Origin: a bacterium
GTDB lineage: Bacteria; Zhuqueibacterota; Zhuqueibacteria; Oceanimicrobiales; Oceanimicrobiaceae
Direction: 5' to 3'
DNA length: 13,062 nt
Assembly (NCBI GenBank): GCA_046757165.1
Contig: JBHHXT010000130.1
Coordinates: 1-13,062 of the forward strand
Made by a program: the position numbers and the translations under genes. Below the pieces are notes generated by a model. It was not told where the DNA came from, made no database searches, and saw nothing but the letters and a program-made list of their open reading frames with translations. This document shows, piece by piece, positions 5,886 through 13,062 of this stretch. Every line of letters begins with the position of its first letter. Within the stretch, counting starts at the first letter, position 1.

Positions 5886-8570
5886 TCAAAATGTAACGAT
5901 CTCTTCAAGCAAATACTGCACCGCCAGGTCGGTCAGATTCCACAGTTGGATGTCTGAGCTGGTGGCATAGCGCGCTGCCCGAAGCTTTCTATCTGCGATC
6001 CGGTAGGTCCACAGCTCGTTGTGCTCGAGTCCCGATGATTCGACCGCGGCTGTGGTTTTCTCCAGTACAGCCTGCAATTCCTGAACGTACGGTTCCAAAC
6101 GAGCGTTTTTGATGCGCCCGTGAGAATCGAACGCCGCTGCGATTTGTCTGGCCAATCCTAACAGAAGCAAATTGACTTCACGCCCCCAAATGGTCCGCGG
6201 TGAATGATATGGGTCGCGTCGGTAGCTTTCCCGGACCTCGGAAGAGGCATAAGTGTCACTCGCAGCCACGGGACCCACGCCTTCTACATACAAGCCAACC
6301 GGATAGGGAATGAGAAATATCCGGAGCCACTTCAAAACTTCTTCCGGGGCCAGATTGCCTGCCAGGATTTCGTTGGTGAAATCTGCAAGAAATAACCAGG
6401 TACTGTAGTCTGTGTTTGCCACAGGAATTGGCTGCCCCTCCGCATCCAGAGAGATGGCCAGGAAGTCAATGTCTTGTTGACCGATTTTTGTAGTGGAAAT
6501 CATCTTCTCCCAATAAATGCGCTCTTCGTCGGGTAAAGAAGCCAATTTGGCCCGCACGCGGCGTTCAACCTCTTTTGAGGACAGATGCACTTCGAAATGT
6601 CGTCCGGCATTCCGCCAGGCTGCGATTGCCCGGCGTATTTTGTCTGGGTTCTGTGCCAATTCGCTGAGTTCTCTCTCGTGCACGTTCGGTGCGGCACGCG
6701 CGGGACTCTCAATTGCGATGCCAAGCTCGTGCAAAACAGCGAATATTGTTTCAACGGATTCAAGCGCTTTCGGAACCCAGGCCACATTGATATCCAAAGC
6801 GTACCGGCCATTGGCGTAGCCAGGTGGGCTGTCCCGCCAGCTTCCCGCGAACCAGCGTGCTTCATCCCTCCCGGGAAAGCTCACCAAATTCGTGGCAACT
6901 GGATCTTCGGCATAGCGACGCGCGAGGCTCCAGGCGTAAACGAGATTGCGCATCAACAACTCGAGCCGGGATGTTTTCCCCTCATCGCTGGCCGGGGCCA
7001 GCATGAACTCTTTCTTGCGGCCATTTGGGATATCCGGTCTGGCAAGATAGCGTGCGACCAGAACCGGCAACTGGAAGTCATCGTCGACCATGAGGTAGTT
7101 TTCTCTTGCTGCCTGCAAGTTTGTGAGCACCTTCTCGGCCCGGGCAAGCGTTCTTTCCACCTCAGCGTCATTTTTCTGAGCCTTCTGTCGAAGGAAGTCT
7201 GCAATGAATCTGTTGTATTCCCTGGCATTCTCTCGAATCGCCTGACCGCCGAGACTCTCCTCATGGCTGACCTCTCCGTTGGCAGACAATTTCCTCAGCA
7301 CACTTGCGATGACATGTTCGAGCATGGCGGGCGACCAAATGGGTTCCATCATCAGTGCCGACATCATCATGTCGCGGCCGAAATAAGTGGCGAAGTTGGG
7401 CAATCCTGCCATGAGCTTCTCCTGGAAACTCAAAAGCTCCACACTCCTGACCTGGCGCTGCAACCGTTCGAAACGAAGCAGCTTTTCCCTTGTCGCTGCA
7501 CGCAGTTGTGCTGACCCTGAGGCATTGAGCAAGGCGTCGTGTTCAACTTTAGCGCGTTCATAATACTGCAGGAACTCCCGGTCGAAGATGTCATGGCGTC
7601 CAAGGGGAGTCAGGGTGGGAGAATCCGTTCCGACTCTTATGGTAAATTGAAGTGGCTGATGGCGAATGGAACGAATGGATATTTCATCCTTCACAGCATG
7701 GATGACCGCCTGATTGCGGTCAACGCTTAGCTCTAGAGACAAGTGATTTTTCCCGTCGAGAGTAGGCTGCGCAACAACGACTTTGGTTTTTGATGCCTGT
7801 TCCAGAAGACTCACCTGTGGAACCAGTCTCGAGCCTAGCTCTTGGCTGTCCTTCGCTCCCAGCAATGAAAGATGTCGCTGTCGCACGTTTGCTGGTAGTT
7901 TCTCAATGGACGTGATCAAGTCAAGGAGCTCTTGCTCAATATAGGGTCCGGCGCCATAGGCTAGCTTGTGCCGTTGATGATATTGGAACTCTCGTTCCTT
8001 GCGCATCGAGCACAAAAGAAAAAAACCGATGTCAAGCGCCCGGGCTTCTGAGACCAGCGAGTACTGGACAAAACGATTTTGGCTTCCAGAAGAAACCAGC
8101 GCACCCGCGGAGCCCCACGCCAGCCTTGCCGGCTTCCCTGACGTGTCACGAACCGTAAAAGAGATGCTTTCGTTTGCTGCGTCGGCCCAGATGTTGACGA
8201 CGCGACCTGAAGTCTGGTAGATGGCGATCTGAAACGTGTTTCCTGCGGAATCCCTGAAGAAGCGCGTGGTGTAATCCCGATAGGTTGATGGATCATCTAG
8301 CTCTGTTTGAGGAAATTCCAGGAGGGGAGAAACCTCTTGCGGTAGAGCGAATGCCTGAGCACCCGTCAGGACGCCCAAGACCGCAGCCCATTGCAGGGTC
8401 AGGGTCTTCAGAACATGTGATTTGGTTTTCGGAAAGAGTAAGCCCTCGCCCTTTCGATTACCTGCGTTCTTGACTTCTACTGACACGTCCAGGCTTTCGT
8501 GTATGCCAATTCTTTCAGCACAGAGTTGGAGATACTGTATACTCGAATTTAATCTGCTCAGGTCGAACAA
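5886..8570 (-). CDS. Uncharacterised exported six-hairpin glycoside hydrolase (amylo-alpha-1,6-glucosidase/GDE_C/GH63-like); N-terminus chimeric, true start uncertain
   Basis: Motif series AGLPNFATYFGRDMMMS, VSHEE, GSWRDS, YHSPRTIWG, NELW and SDIQLW parallels AGLPWF..FGRD, LHE, GWKDS, YHNGSVWP, PELF and SPQAW of that family. A signal-peptide-like segment ends AQAFA|LPQ near 8345. The first ~42 codons derive from a GH3 remnant. Confidence 0.75.
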   Translation of the reverse strand: MFDLSRLNSSIQYLQLCAERIGIHESLDVSVEVKNAGNRKGEGLLFPKTKSHVLKTLTLQWAAVLGVLTGAQAFALPQEVSPLLEFPQTELDDPSTYRDYTTRFFRDSAGNTFQIAIYQTSGRVVNIWADAANESISFTVRDTSGKPARLAWGSAGALVSSGSQNRFVQYSLVSEARALDIGFFLLCSMRKEREFQYHQRHKLAYGAGPYIEQELLDLITSIEKLPANVRQRHLSLLGAKDSQELGSRLVPQVSLLEQASKTKVVVAQPTLDGKNHLSLELSVDRNQAVIHAVKDEISIRSIRHQPLQFTIRVGTDSPTLTPLGRHDIFDREFLQYYERAKVEHDALLNASGSAQLRAATREKLLRFERLQRQVRSVELLSFQEKLMAGLPNFATYFGRDMMMSALMMEPIWSPAMLEHVIASVLRKLSANGEVSHEESLGGQAIRENAREYNRFIADFLRQKAQKNDAEVERTLARAEKVLTNLQAARENYLMVDDDFQLPVLVARYLARPDIPNGRKKEFMLAPASDEGKTSRLELLMRNLVYAWSLARRYAEDPVATNLVSFPGRDEARWFAGSWRDSPPGYANGRYALDINVAWVPKALESVETIFAVLHELGIAIESPARAAPNVHERELSELAQNPDKIRRAIAAWRNAGRHFEVHLSSKEVERRVRAKLASLPDEERIYWEKMISTTKIGQQDIDFLAISLDAEGQPIPVANTDYSTWLFLADFTNEILAGNLAPEEVLKWLRIFLIPYPVGLYVEGVGPVAASDTYASSEVRESYRRDPYHSPRTIWGREVNLLLLGLARQIAAAFDSHGRIKNARLEPYVQELQAVLEKTTAAVESSGLEHNELWTYRIADRKLRAARYATSSDIQLWNLTDLAVQYLLEEIVTF
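8445..8550 (-). pseudogene. Remnant of the Fn3-like C-terminal domain of a GH3 beta-glucosidase
   Basis: Removing one base from AAA TTC GAG TAT ACA G(T)AT CTC gives KFEYTDLQLCAERIGIHESLDVSVEVKNAGNRKGE, matching the GH3 pattern tFEYSDLxLS..I...SLxVSVxVKNTGxRxGEEVVQLY. Confidence 0.65.
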
Positions 8571-8598
8571 TACTGACGGTACGACAGGGAATCGACAT

Positions 8599-8647
8599 GA
8601 AAATGTGAGCCGGGGCGGCTGAAGCGTTTGCCCGCCCCCGGCTCACA
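8599..8647 (-). terminator. Intrinsic terminator or stabilising hairpin after the TonB-dependent receptor
   Basis: TGTGAGCCGGGGCGG (8604-8618) pairs with CCGCCCCCGGCTCACA (8632-8647), 15 bp with one bulge. On the minus strand it is followed by TTTTC. Confidence 0.75.
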
Positions 8648-8686
8648 CCAAGAACTAAGAGGGGACCCGTGCCTTCTTTGGTCGCT

Positions 8687-11455
8687 TTAGAGGTCGTAAC
8701 CGACCGAGAATTTCACCGAGCGGCCGAAGATCGGGCGACCGTTCGGTGCCGTGGGGCTACGGGGGTCGCCTTCGGTGAGCGCATCGGAGTCGGTCAAATT
8801 GTCGACATGGAGGTTGAAGAAGAGTCCAGTTTGTGTCGACACTGTGACACCCGCGTCGATCTTCTCATAGCTATCTAATTCGACGACGTTGTCATTACCC
8901 GAGAAGCGTTTGCCTACGAGGCGTACGGCACCGTAGATGTTGACGTTGAAATTATCGCCAGCGATATTATAGTTCGGCGCCAACCGGATCTGCCAGTCGG
9001 GCTGGCGTAGAACCGAATTTCCTTCGAGCGCTGGATCATCGGACTCCGTGATCTCCGTGCTTTGAACAGTGGCGATGCCCCGCACAGTCAGGTCGCCGAC
9101 GAAAAGTGCGCCATCCAGTTCGACGCCGAAGGATTCAGTCTTGAACCGTCGGGGATCGAATCCGCCGCCGACGAGACTTTCGAATGCGTCGTAATCGCTG
9201 AAGTAGCCGGTCGCGAACAGGCTGAAAAGTTTCCTGGGGGCATACTTGACGCCGACTTCAAACTGTCTGACATTGTTTGTGCTGCGATCGTTCTCCCGGA
9301 TATTGTCGAAGTGAGGAAACACAAATCCGTCCGAGAAGCGGCCAAACACCCCGAGGTCTTCGCTAAGGTCGTAGTTTATGGCACCTGTAAACGCCCATTC
9401 ATCGTCATCGATGGAGACGGACAGATCACGCGTACCATCCGGGAAACCAGGACCGGTATCCAGAACATACTCGAGCTCTATCCGTTCGCGGCGAAGCCCC
9501 AGGTCGATGCGAAGGTCAGGTGTCGCCTGCCATGATTCTCCTGCGTAGAAGGCAATCACCCTCGCATCGCCAGCCGATTGCAGTCCGAACGCCCAGCATC
9601 CAGAATTGGAACCTGCACCCTGCAAATCGGCGCAAGTAATACTGCTTTCCAGGAAATCGCCATTTGAGACGTTATGAACGGGTGTGAAGTTACCAAGCGT
9701 CCAGAAATCCTCCGCCGACCACCACGCCTGGTAAGAACCTATCGTGATGTTGTGTTTCCGCCAGCTTCTGGTAAGACTGATGTCGTTGGTGAAAGATTCA
9801 AGATCCTTCAACACAACCCAATGACCGTAGTTCTGGACAAAATCAGAACTCTTGAGCTCCTCTCCGCTCCGCGTTGCAACCGGACTTGTTAGCCCAAGAG
9901 CGGACACTCGTACCGGATTGCCATCCGGCACGAAACCGAAGGTGGGCGCTTCACCCTTGGTGTAGGAGAGGTTGTCGCGGACAGTCCAGCCAGCGCCCAA
10001 ATCAAAGTCTGCGTTGATACCGCTGATGGTACCGTCCCAGCCGCGTCCTCTGGAGAAGTCGAAAATCTCGGTTTCACCCTGGGCGTTGACTTGCAGTTCG
10101 CGAAAACGTGTCGCGTTGCCCAGTTGTGCAAAGTCGCCAAGGTCGTTACCGGTATTGAGGGCCATTGGCAGGACCCACTGGCCGTGGTCGTCGGTGACCC
10201 GGGTGAAGGCGTTGATTACGCCGTCATCCAATATCTTGGTGATCTGCAGCGTGAATTGCTGCCCTCTCTCGGCATTATATTGCGCCTCACGGACACCCGG
10301 CGAGGTCTGTGCGTAACCGCCGACCATGTAGTAGAGACCCTCGGTCACCTGGCCGCTGACAACGGCATCGACGCGCTGAAGGTTATAGTCCGAGGTCGAA
10401 TACTTCACCCGCGCCCTGGTTTCATCACTGCCGCGCAGCAAAGTAAAATTCATGGTCACACCCGGTTCACCGTTCGAAAAGACGGCGTTCGGGCCGCCGC
10501 GAAGCGCCTCGGCCCCGGCGACGGTTTCGTCGACACGAAATATCGAGCTCTGTTCGAAGAATGATAGCATTTCCGTGCCGTAAATCGGCGCACCATTGAT
10601 GGACATCGTCACGAACGGCGCGTCGCCACCGCCCGGAAGCCCGCGCACGTCAATGTTCGCTCCGGCAACCCCACCCGAGCTTTCTGACCAGACGCCGGGA
10701 ACCAATTCCAGTAAATTAGCCGTGCTGCTGGGCGAAAACTGGCGGATATCTGCTACCTCTATCGTCGTGACAGCAAAGCTTGCTTCACGCTTGCTCGTTC
10801 CCGCCCCTCCGGGTGTACCCGAGACCACAATTGCATCCATGCTCAAAATATCAGTGGCAAGAGTGAAATCCTGAGTCACCGTTTCATCCGCGCTCACGGC
10901 CACCTCCGCGCTCACGGTCCTAAATCCGATCATCCGTGCTATCAGAGTATAGCTGCCGGGAGGAACGTTGGTGATTTCGTAGCTGCCATTGTCGTCCGCA
11001 GCATCTCCCATGCCGGTTCCTTCAATATAGACTTGAACGAAGGGCACAACTTTACCTGCCGCATCGAGTGCGCGGCCCTTGATGCTGCCGCCAGCAGGAG
11101 GAGGTGGTGCCGGTTCAACTTCACGAGGCTTCAGTACAACGGTCCGCAGGCCAACTTTCTTGTATGCAAGTGGGCTTGTCCCGAGCACTTGCGAGAGAGC
11201 CTCCTGAAAACTGTTGGAGTTTTCTACCAGCTTCGGGGCCGTTCGTCCCTGTACCACGGCGTCATCATAAACGATGTGAACATTATAATCCGCTTCTAAT
11301 TTCGCCAGCGCATCCGCAAGAGAGACGAAATGCTGGCGGGGCTGGTTCAGCATCTGGCTGTCCATAACTTTGGTTGATGCCATTTGCTGGCCATAGCCAT
11401 CAACAGCAAACATGCCGACCAAACCGAGCAACAAGAATGTAATCAACGGTCGCAT
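8687..11455 (-). CDS. TonB-dependent receptor/transducer (signal peptide, STN domain, carboxypeptidase-regulatory-like domain, plug, beta-barrel), 922 aa, probably for a carbohydrate
   Basis: STN segment VSLADALAKLEADYNVHIVYD. Segment GSIKGRALDAAG...GSYEITNVPPGSYTL. TonB box DAIVVSG. Plug LLELVPGVWSESSGG...NIDVRG. C-terminus NLTD...GRSVKFSVGYDL. RBS AAGGAGG at 11464-11470. Confidence 0.95.
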   Translation of the reverse strand: MRPLITFLLLGLVGMFAVDGYGQQMASTKVMDSQMLNQPRQHFVSLADALAKLEADYNVHIVYDDAVVQGRTAPKLVENSNSFQEALSQVLGTSPLAYKKVGLRTVVLKPREVEPAPPPPAGGSIKGRALDAAGKVVPFVQVYIEGTGMGDAADDNGSYEITNVPPGSYTLIARMIGFRTVSAEVAVSADETVTQDFTLATDILSMDAIVVSGTPGGAGTSKREASFAVTTIEVADIRQFSPSSTANLLELVPGVWSESSGGVAGANIDVRGLPGGGDAPFVTMSINGAPIYGTEMLSFFEQSSIFRVDETVAGAEALRGGPNAVFSNGEPGVTMNFTLLRGSDETRARVKYSTSDYNLQRVDAVVSGQVTEGLYYMVGGYAQTSPGVREAQYNAERGQQFTLQITKILDDGVINAFTRVTDDHGQWVLPMALNTGNDLGDFAQLGNATRFRELQVNAQGETEIFDFSRGRGWDGTISGINADFDLGAGWTVRDNLSYTKGEAPTFGFVPDGNPVRVSALGLTSPVATRSGEELKSSDFVQNYGHWVVLKDLESFTNDISLTRSWRKHNITIGSYQAWWSAEDFWTLGNFTPVHNVSNGDFLESSITCADLQGAGSNSGCWAFGLQSAGDARVIAFYAGESWQATPDLRIDLGLRRERIELEYVLDTGPGFPDGTRDLSVSIDDDEWAFTGAINYDLSEDLGVFGRFSDGFVFPHFDNIRENDRSTNNVRQFEVGVKYAPRKLFSLFATGYFSDYDAFESLVGGGFDPRRFKTESFGVELDGALFVGDLTVRGIATVQSTEITESDDPALEGNSVLRQPDWQIRLAPNYNIAGDNFNVNIYGAVRLVGKRFSGNDNVVELDSYEKIDAGVTVSTQTGLFFNLHVDNLTDSDALTEGDPRSPTAPNGRPIFGRSVKFSVGYDL

Positions 11456-11531
11456 AAAAACACCCTCCTTCCGAAAGTGTGTGGTTAAGGTTGGGGGTTA
11501 ATTCTGTTTCCCCGGTTGCTTCCAGAATTTC

Positions 11532-12620
11532 TTATTTGTTGCGCTGCGAACCGAAAGTGATGATTTGGCCGTTGCGGCGAACGCTGACCTGCAAGGCTTC
11601 CGCCAACGCATCCGTTACAACGACAAGATTTTGATTCTCGATCGAGCCTGACAGGGTTCGCTCGAGCAGGTGCTGGTCCAGAACCTGTACATCGACGCCG
11701 TAAGTCTCCTCGAGTCGCTGCACAATCTCTTCAAACGGCGTATGCACCAGGATGAGATGAGTTCGCCACCACGTCATGTAAGGTTCCACCGCAACCTTCA
11801 TCGGTTTCAACTGGTGGCTGCCTTTGCGAATATGCAACAAGTGACCCGGGTCGAGCACCACCTGTTTTTTCGATTCGGAGAAGCGGACAGTCGTGGTATC
11901 CGCAGCCCTGACACTGACCCGCCCGTCGGTGACGACCACACGAGTCCCACTTCCGCGCTCATAAACGGCGAACTCGGTTCCAACCACCGATACCGTGCCA
12001 TCGACCGTGCGAATCATGAACTTCTTGTCTGGATCGTGGCGCGGCGTCACCTCGAAATAGGCTTCTCCTTCCAGCTCGAATATGTTTGCCGTGGCAGCGC
12101 TCCCGGGCGTCGGATAGCGCAGGGTGGACTTGGCATTCAAAATGATCCGAGTCTCATCCGGAAACGTGACCGTTGCGCGCTGACCGAACTCCGTTGTCAA
12201 TACCTGATAATCCTGTGTCTCCTGTGGCTGGCCAGAATCCAGAATAGCACTATATTTGACGAGCATGAACAACAGGAACGCTGCCACTGCAAACGCACCA
12301 GACCGGAGCCAGGAAGACCGGCCAGAATGGTGAGTATAGCTGCCCAGCGGTACCCTATGGACACTTTTGCTGGCCTCCTTGCGCGCTTGTTGCAAGCCCA
12401 CTCGTTGCAGCAGCTTCGGCCACTCGATTTCAACGTCAGGTGGGTGGGCGGGTTGAACCTGCACCATCTGCCACAGGTTGAGCGCTTGCCTATAGAGCAT
12501 TTGATGCTCCTTGTCTTCCTCCAGCCAGGTCTGCCACCGTTTCATTTCCTCTGGAGAGGCCTCTTGCGCAAGCCAGCGTTGAAAAGTTTCGTCCGACAAA
12601 AGCGTGGTCATCGTGTCCAT
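11532..12620 (-). CDS. fecR: FecR-family anti-sigma factor/signal transducer, 362 aa
   Basis: N-terminal EEMKRWQTWLEEDKEHQMLY, one TM helix, FecR domain GQRATVTFPDETRIILNAKSTLRY...LEGEAYFEV...VVGTEFAV...VTDGRVSV, and C-terminal PFEEIVQRLEETYGV. It lies upstream of an STN-containing receptor. Confidence 0.93.
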   Translation of the reverse strand: MDTMTTLLSDETFQRWLAQEASPEEMKRWQTWLEEDKEHQMLYRQALNLWQMVQVQPAHPPDVEIEWPKLLQRVGLQQARKEASKSVHRVPLGSYTHHSGRSSWLRSGAFAVAAFLLFMLVKYSAILDSGQPQETQDYQVLTTEFGQRATVTFPDETRIILNAKSTLRYPTPGSAATANIFELEGEAYFEVTPRHDPDKKFMIRTVDGTVSVVGTEFAVYERGSGTRVVVTDGRVSVRAADTTTVRFSESKKQVVLDPGHLLHIRKGSHQLKPMKVAVEPYMTWWRTHLILVHTPFEEIVQRLEETYGVDVQVLDQHLLERTLSGSIENQNLVVVTDALAEALQVSVRRNGQIITFGSQRNK

Positions 12621-12848
12621 ATGATTATTTTACAATTCTCGAGTGGTGACGAATTTTCTGAATTGATCCAAACTGTGAAAGGTCTCTATCTGTAAAGAGA
12701 CGGAAATTGTGAAAATGTAATGGTCTTGGCGAAGTTTATTTTGGGGGGAGACATAATTCTACTGTTCTCGCGCAACCAGGAATCTGACTGTGCACCAATC
12801 GTAGAGTTTTGGGAAACAATTGGTTACACCGCAGTCCCTTGCCCCAAA

Positions 12849-12903
12849 AGATTTCTCGCATTCGCACGAAATGACAGGCACAGGGGCCTTTTTAGACAGC
12901 CCC
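12849..12903. repeat. REP-like unit followed by an IS/MITE-like terminal repeat with no partner
   Basis: AGATTTCTCGCATTCGCACGAAATGACA (12849-12876), then TTTTTAGACAGCCCC (12889-12903), which resembles the MITE end TTTTCACACAGGCTC at 221-235. Confidence 0.5.
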
Positions 12904-12972
12904 TTTGGCGTCCTGGCCGGCACCTGGGTCTCAAATACACGGTCAGAAACCGCTAGGCGCTTGGCGCCAGAC

Positions 12973-12992
12973 ATCGACAAAGTATTGTCGAT
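12973..12992. promoter_or_regulatory. Perfect palindrome, possible transcription-factor operator
   Basis: ATCGACAA-AGTA-TTGTCGAT in non-coding DNA. Confidence 0.35.
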
Positions 12993-13026
12993 AATTTTCT
13001 TGGGTCGATCGTTTGCTGAGAAAACC

Positions 13027-13062
13027 GTCATTTTGAGCTTCGCTCGTCATTTGCTGTCATTT
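13027..13062. repeat. GTCATTT repeat units running off the window edge
   Basis: GTCATTT occurs three times. TGTCATTT is the reverse complement of the AAATGACA end of the 12849-12876 unit. Confidence 0.45.

Noticed and set aside
10887..10917. 13-bp direct repeat TCCGCGCTCACGG within the receptor gene
   Set aside because: It is an in-frame coding repeat (VSAE/VSAD) with no sign of separate function.
11670..12695. 341-aa plus-strand ORF, and other overlapping ORFs such as 6585-7514 and 2754-3749
   Set aside because: They are antisense or alternate-frame shadows of well-supported genes with no protein-family features.
216..12720. 13-bp inverted match TTACATTTTCACA (216-228) and TGTGAAAATGTAA (12708-12720) as ends of a large transposon
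   Set aside because: The left copy is already explained as the REP/TIR junction of the MITE. The match does not extend, there is no transposase or target duplication, and an AT-rich 13-mer match is plausible by chance.
12720..13031. Small ORFs 12720-12956 (+) and 12759-13031 (-)
   Set aside because: They run through repeat fragments, lack an RBS, and show no similarity to sigma factors or other families I recognise.

Overview
All six coding regions lie on the minus strand. Read right to left, they are: a FecR anti-sigma factor, an STN-domain TonB-dependent receptor, an uncharacterised exported (alpha/alpha)6 glycoside hydrolase of the amylo-alpha-1,6-glucosidase/GH63-like fold, an internally deleted SGLT-type Na+/sugar symporter, an intact Na+/solute symporter, and a separately promoted penicillin-G-acylase-like Ntn hydrolase with a T9SS-type C-terminal domain. 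The first five look like a SusD-less sugar or glycoside uptake locus carrying deletion scars: a frameshifted GH3 Fn3-like remnant fused to the hydrolase, and a microhomology-type in-frame deletion in one symporter. The acylase has a near-consensus sigma70 promoter and a ~160-nt structured leader. Both window ends are built of nested small repeats, including a 131-bp MITE inserted into the loop of a REP-like hairpin. A YPNPFNP-type C-terminal domain together with AGGAGG Shine-Dalgarno sites and a TTGACA/TATACT promoter suggests a non-Bacteroidia FCB-related organism such as KSB1 or Calditrichota (inference).
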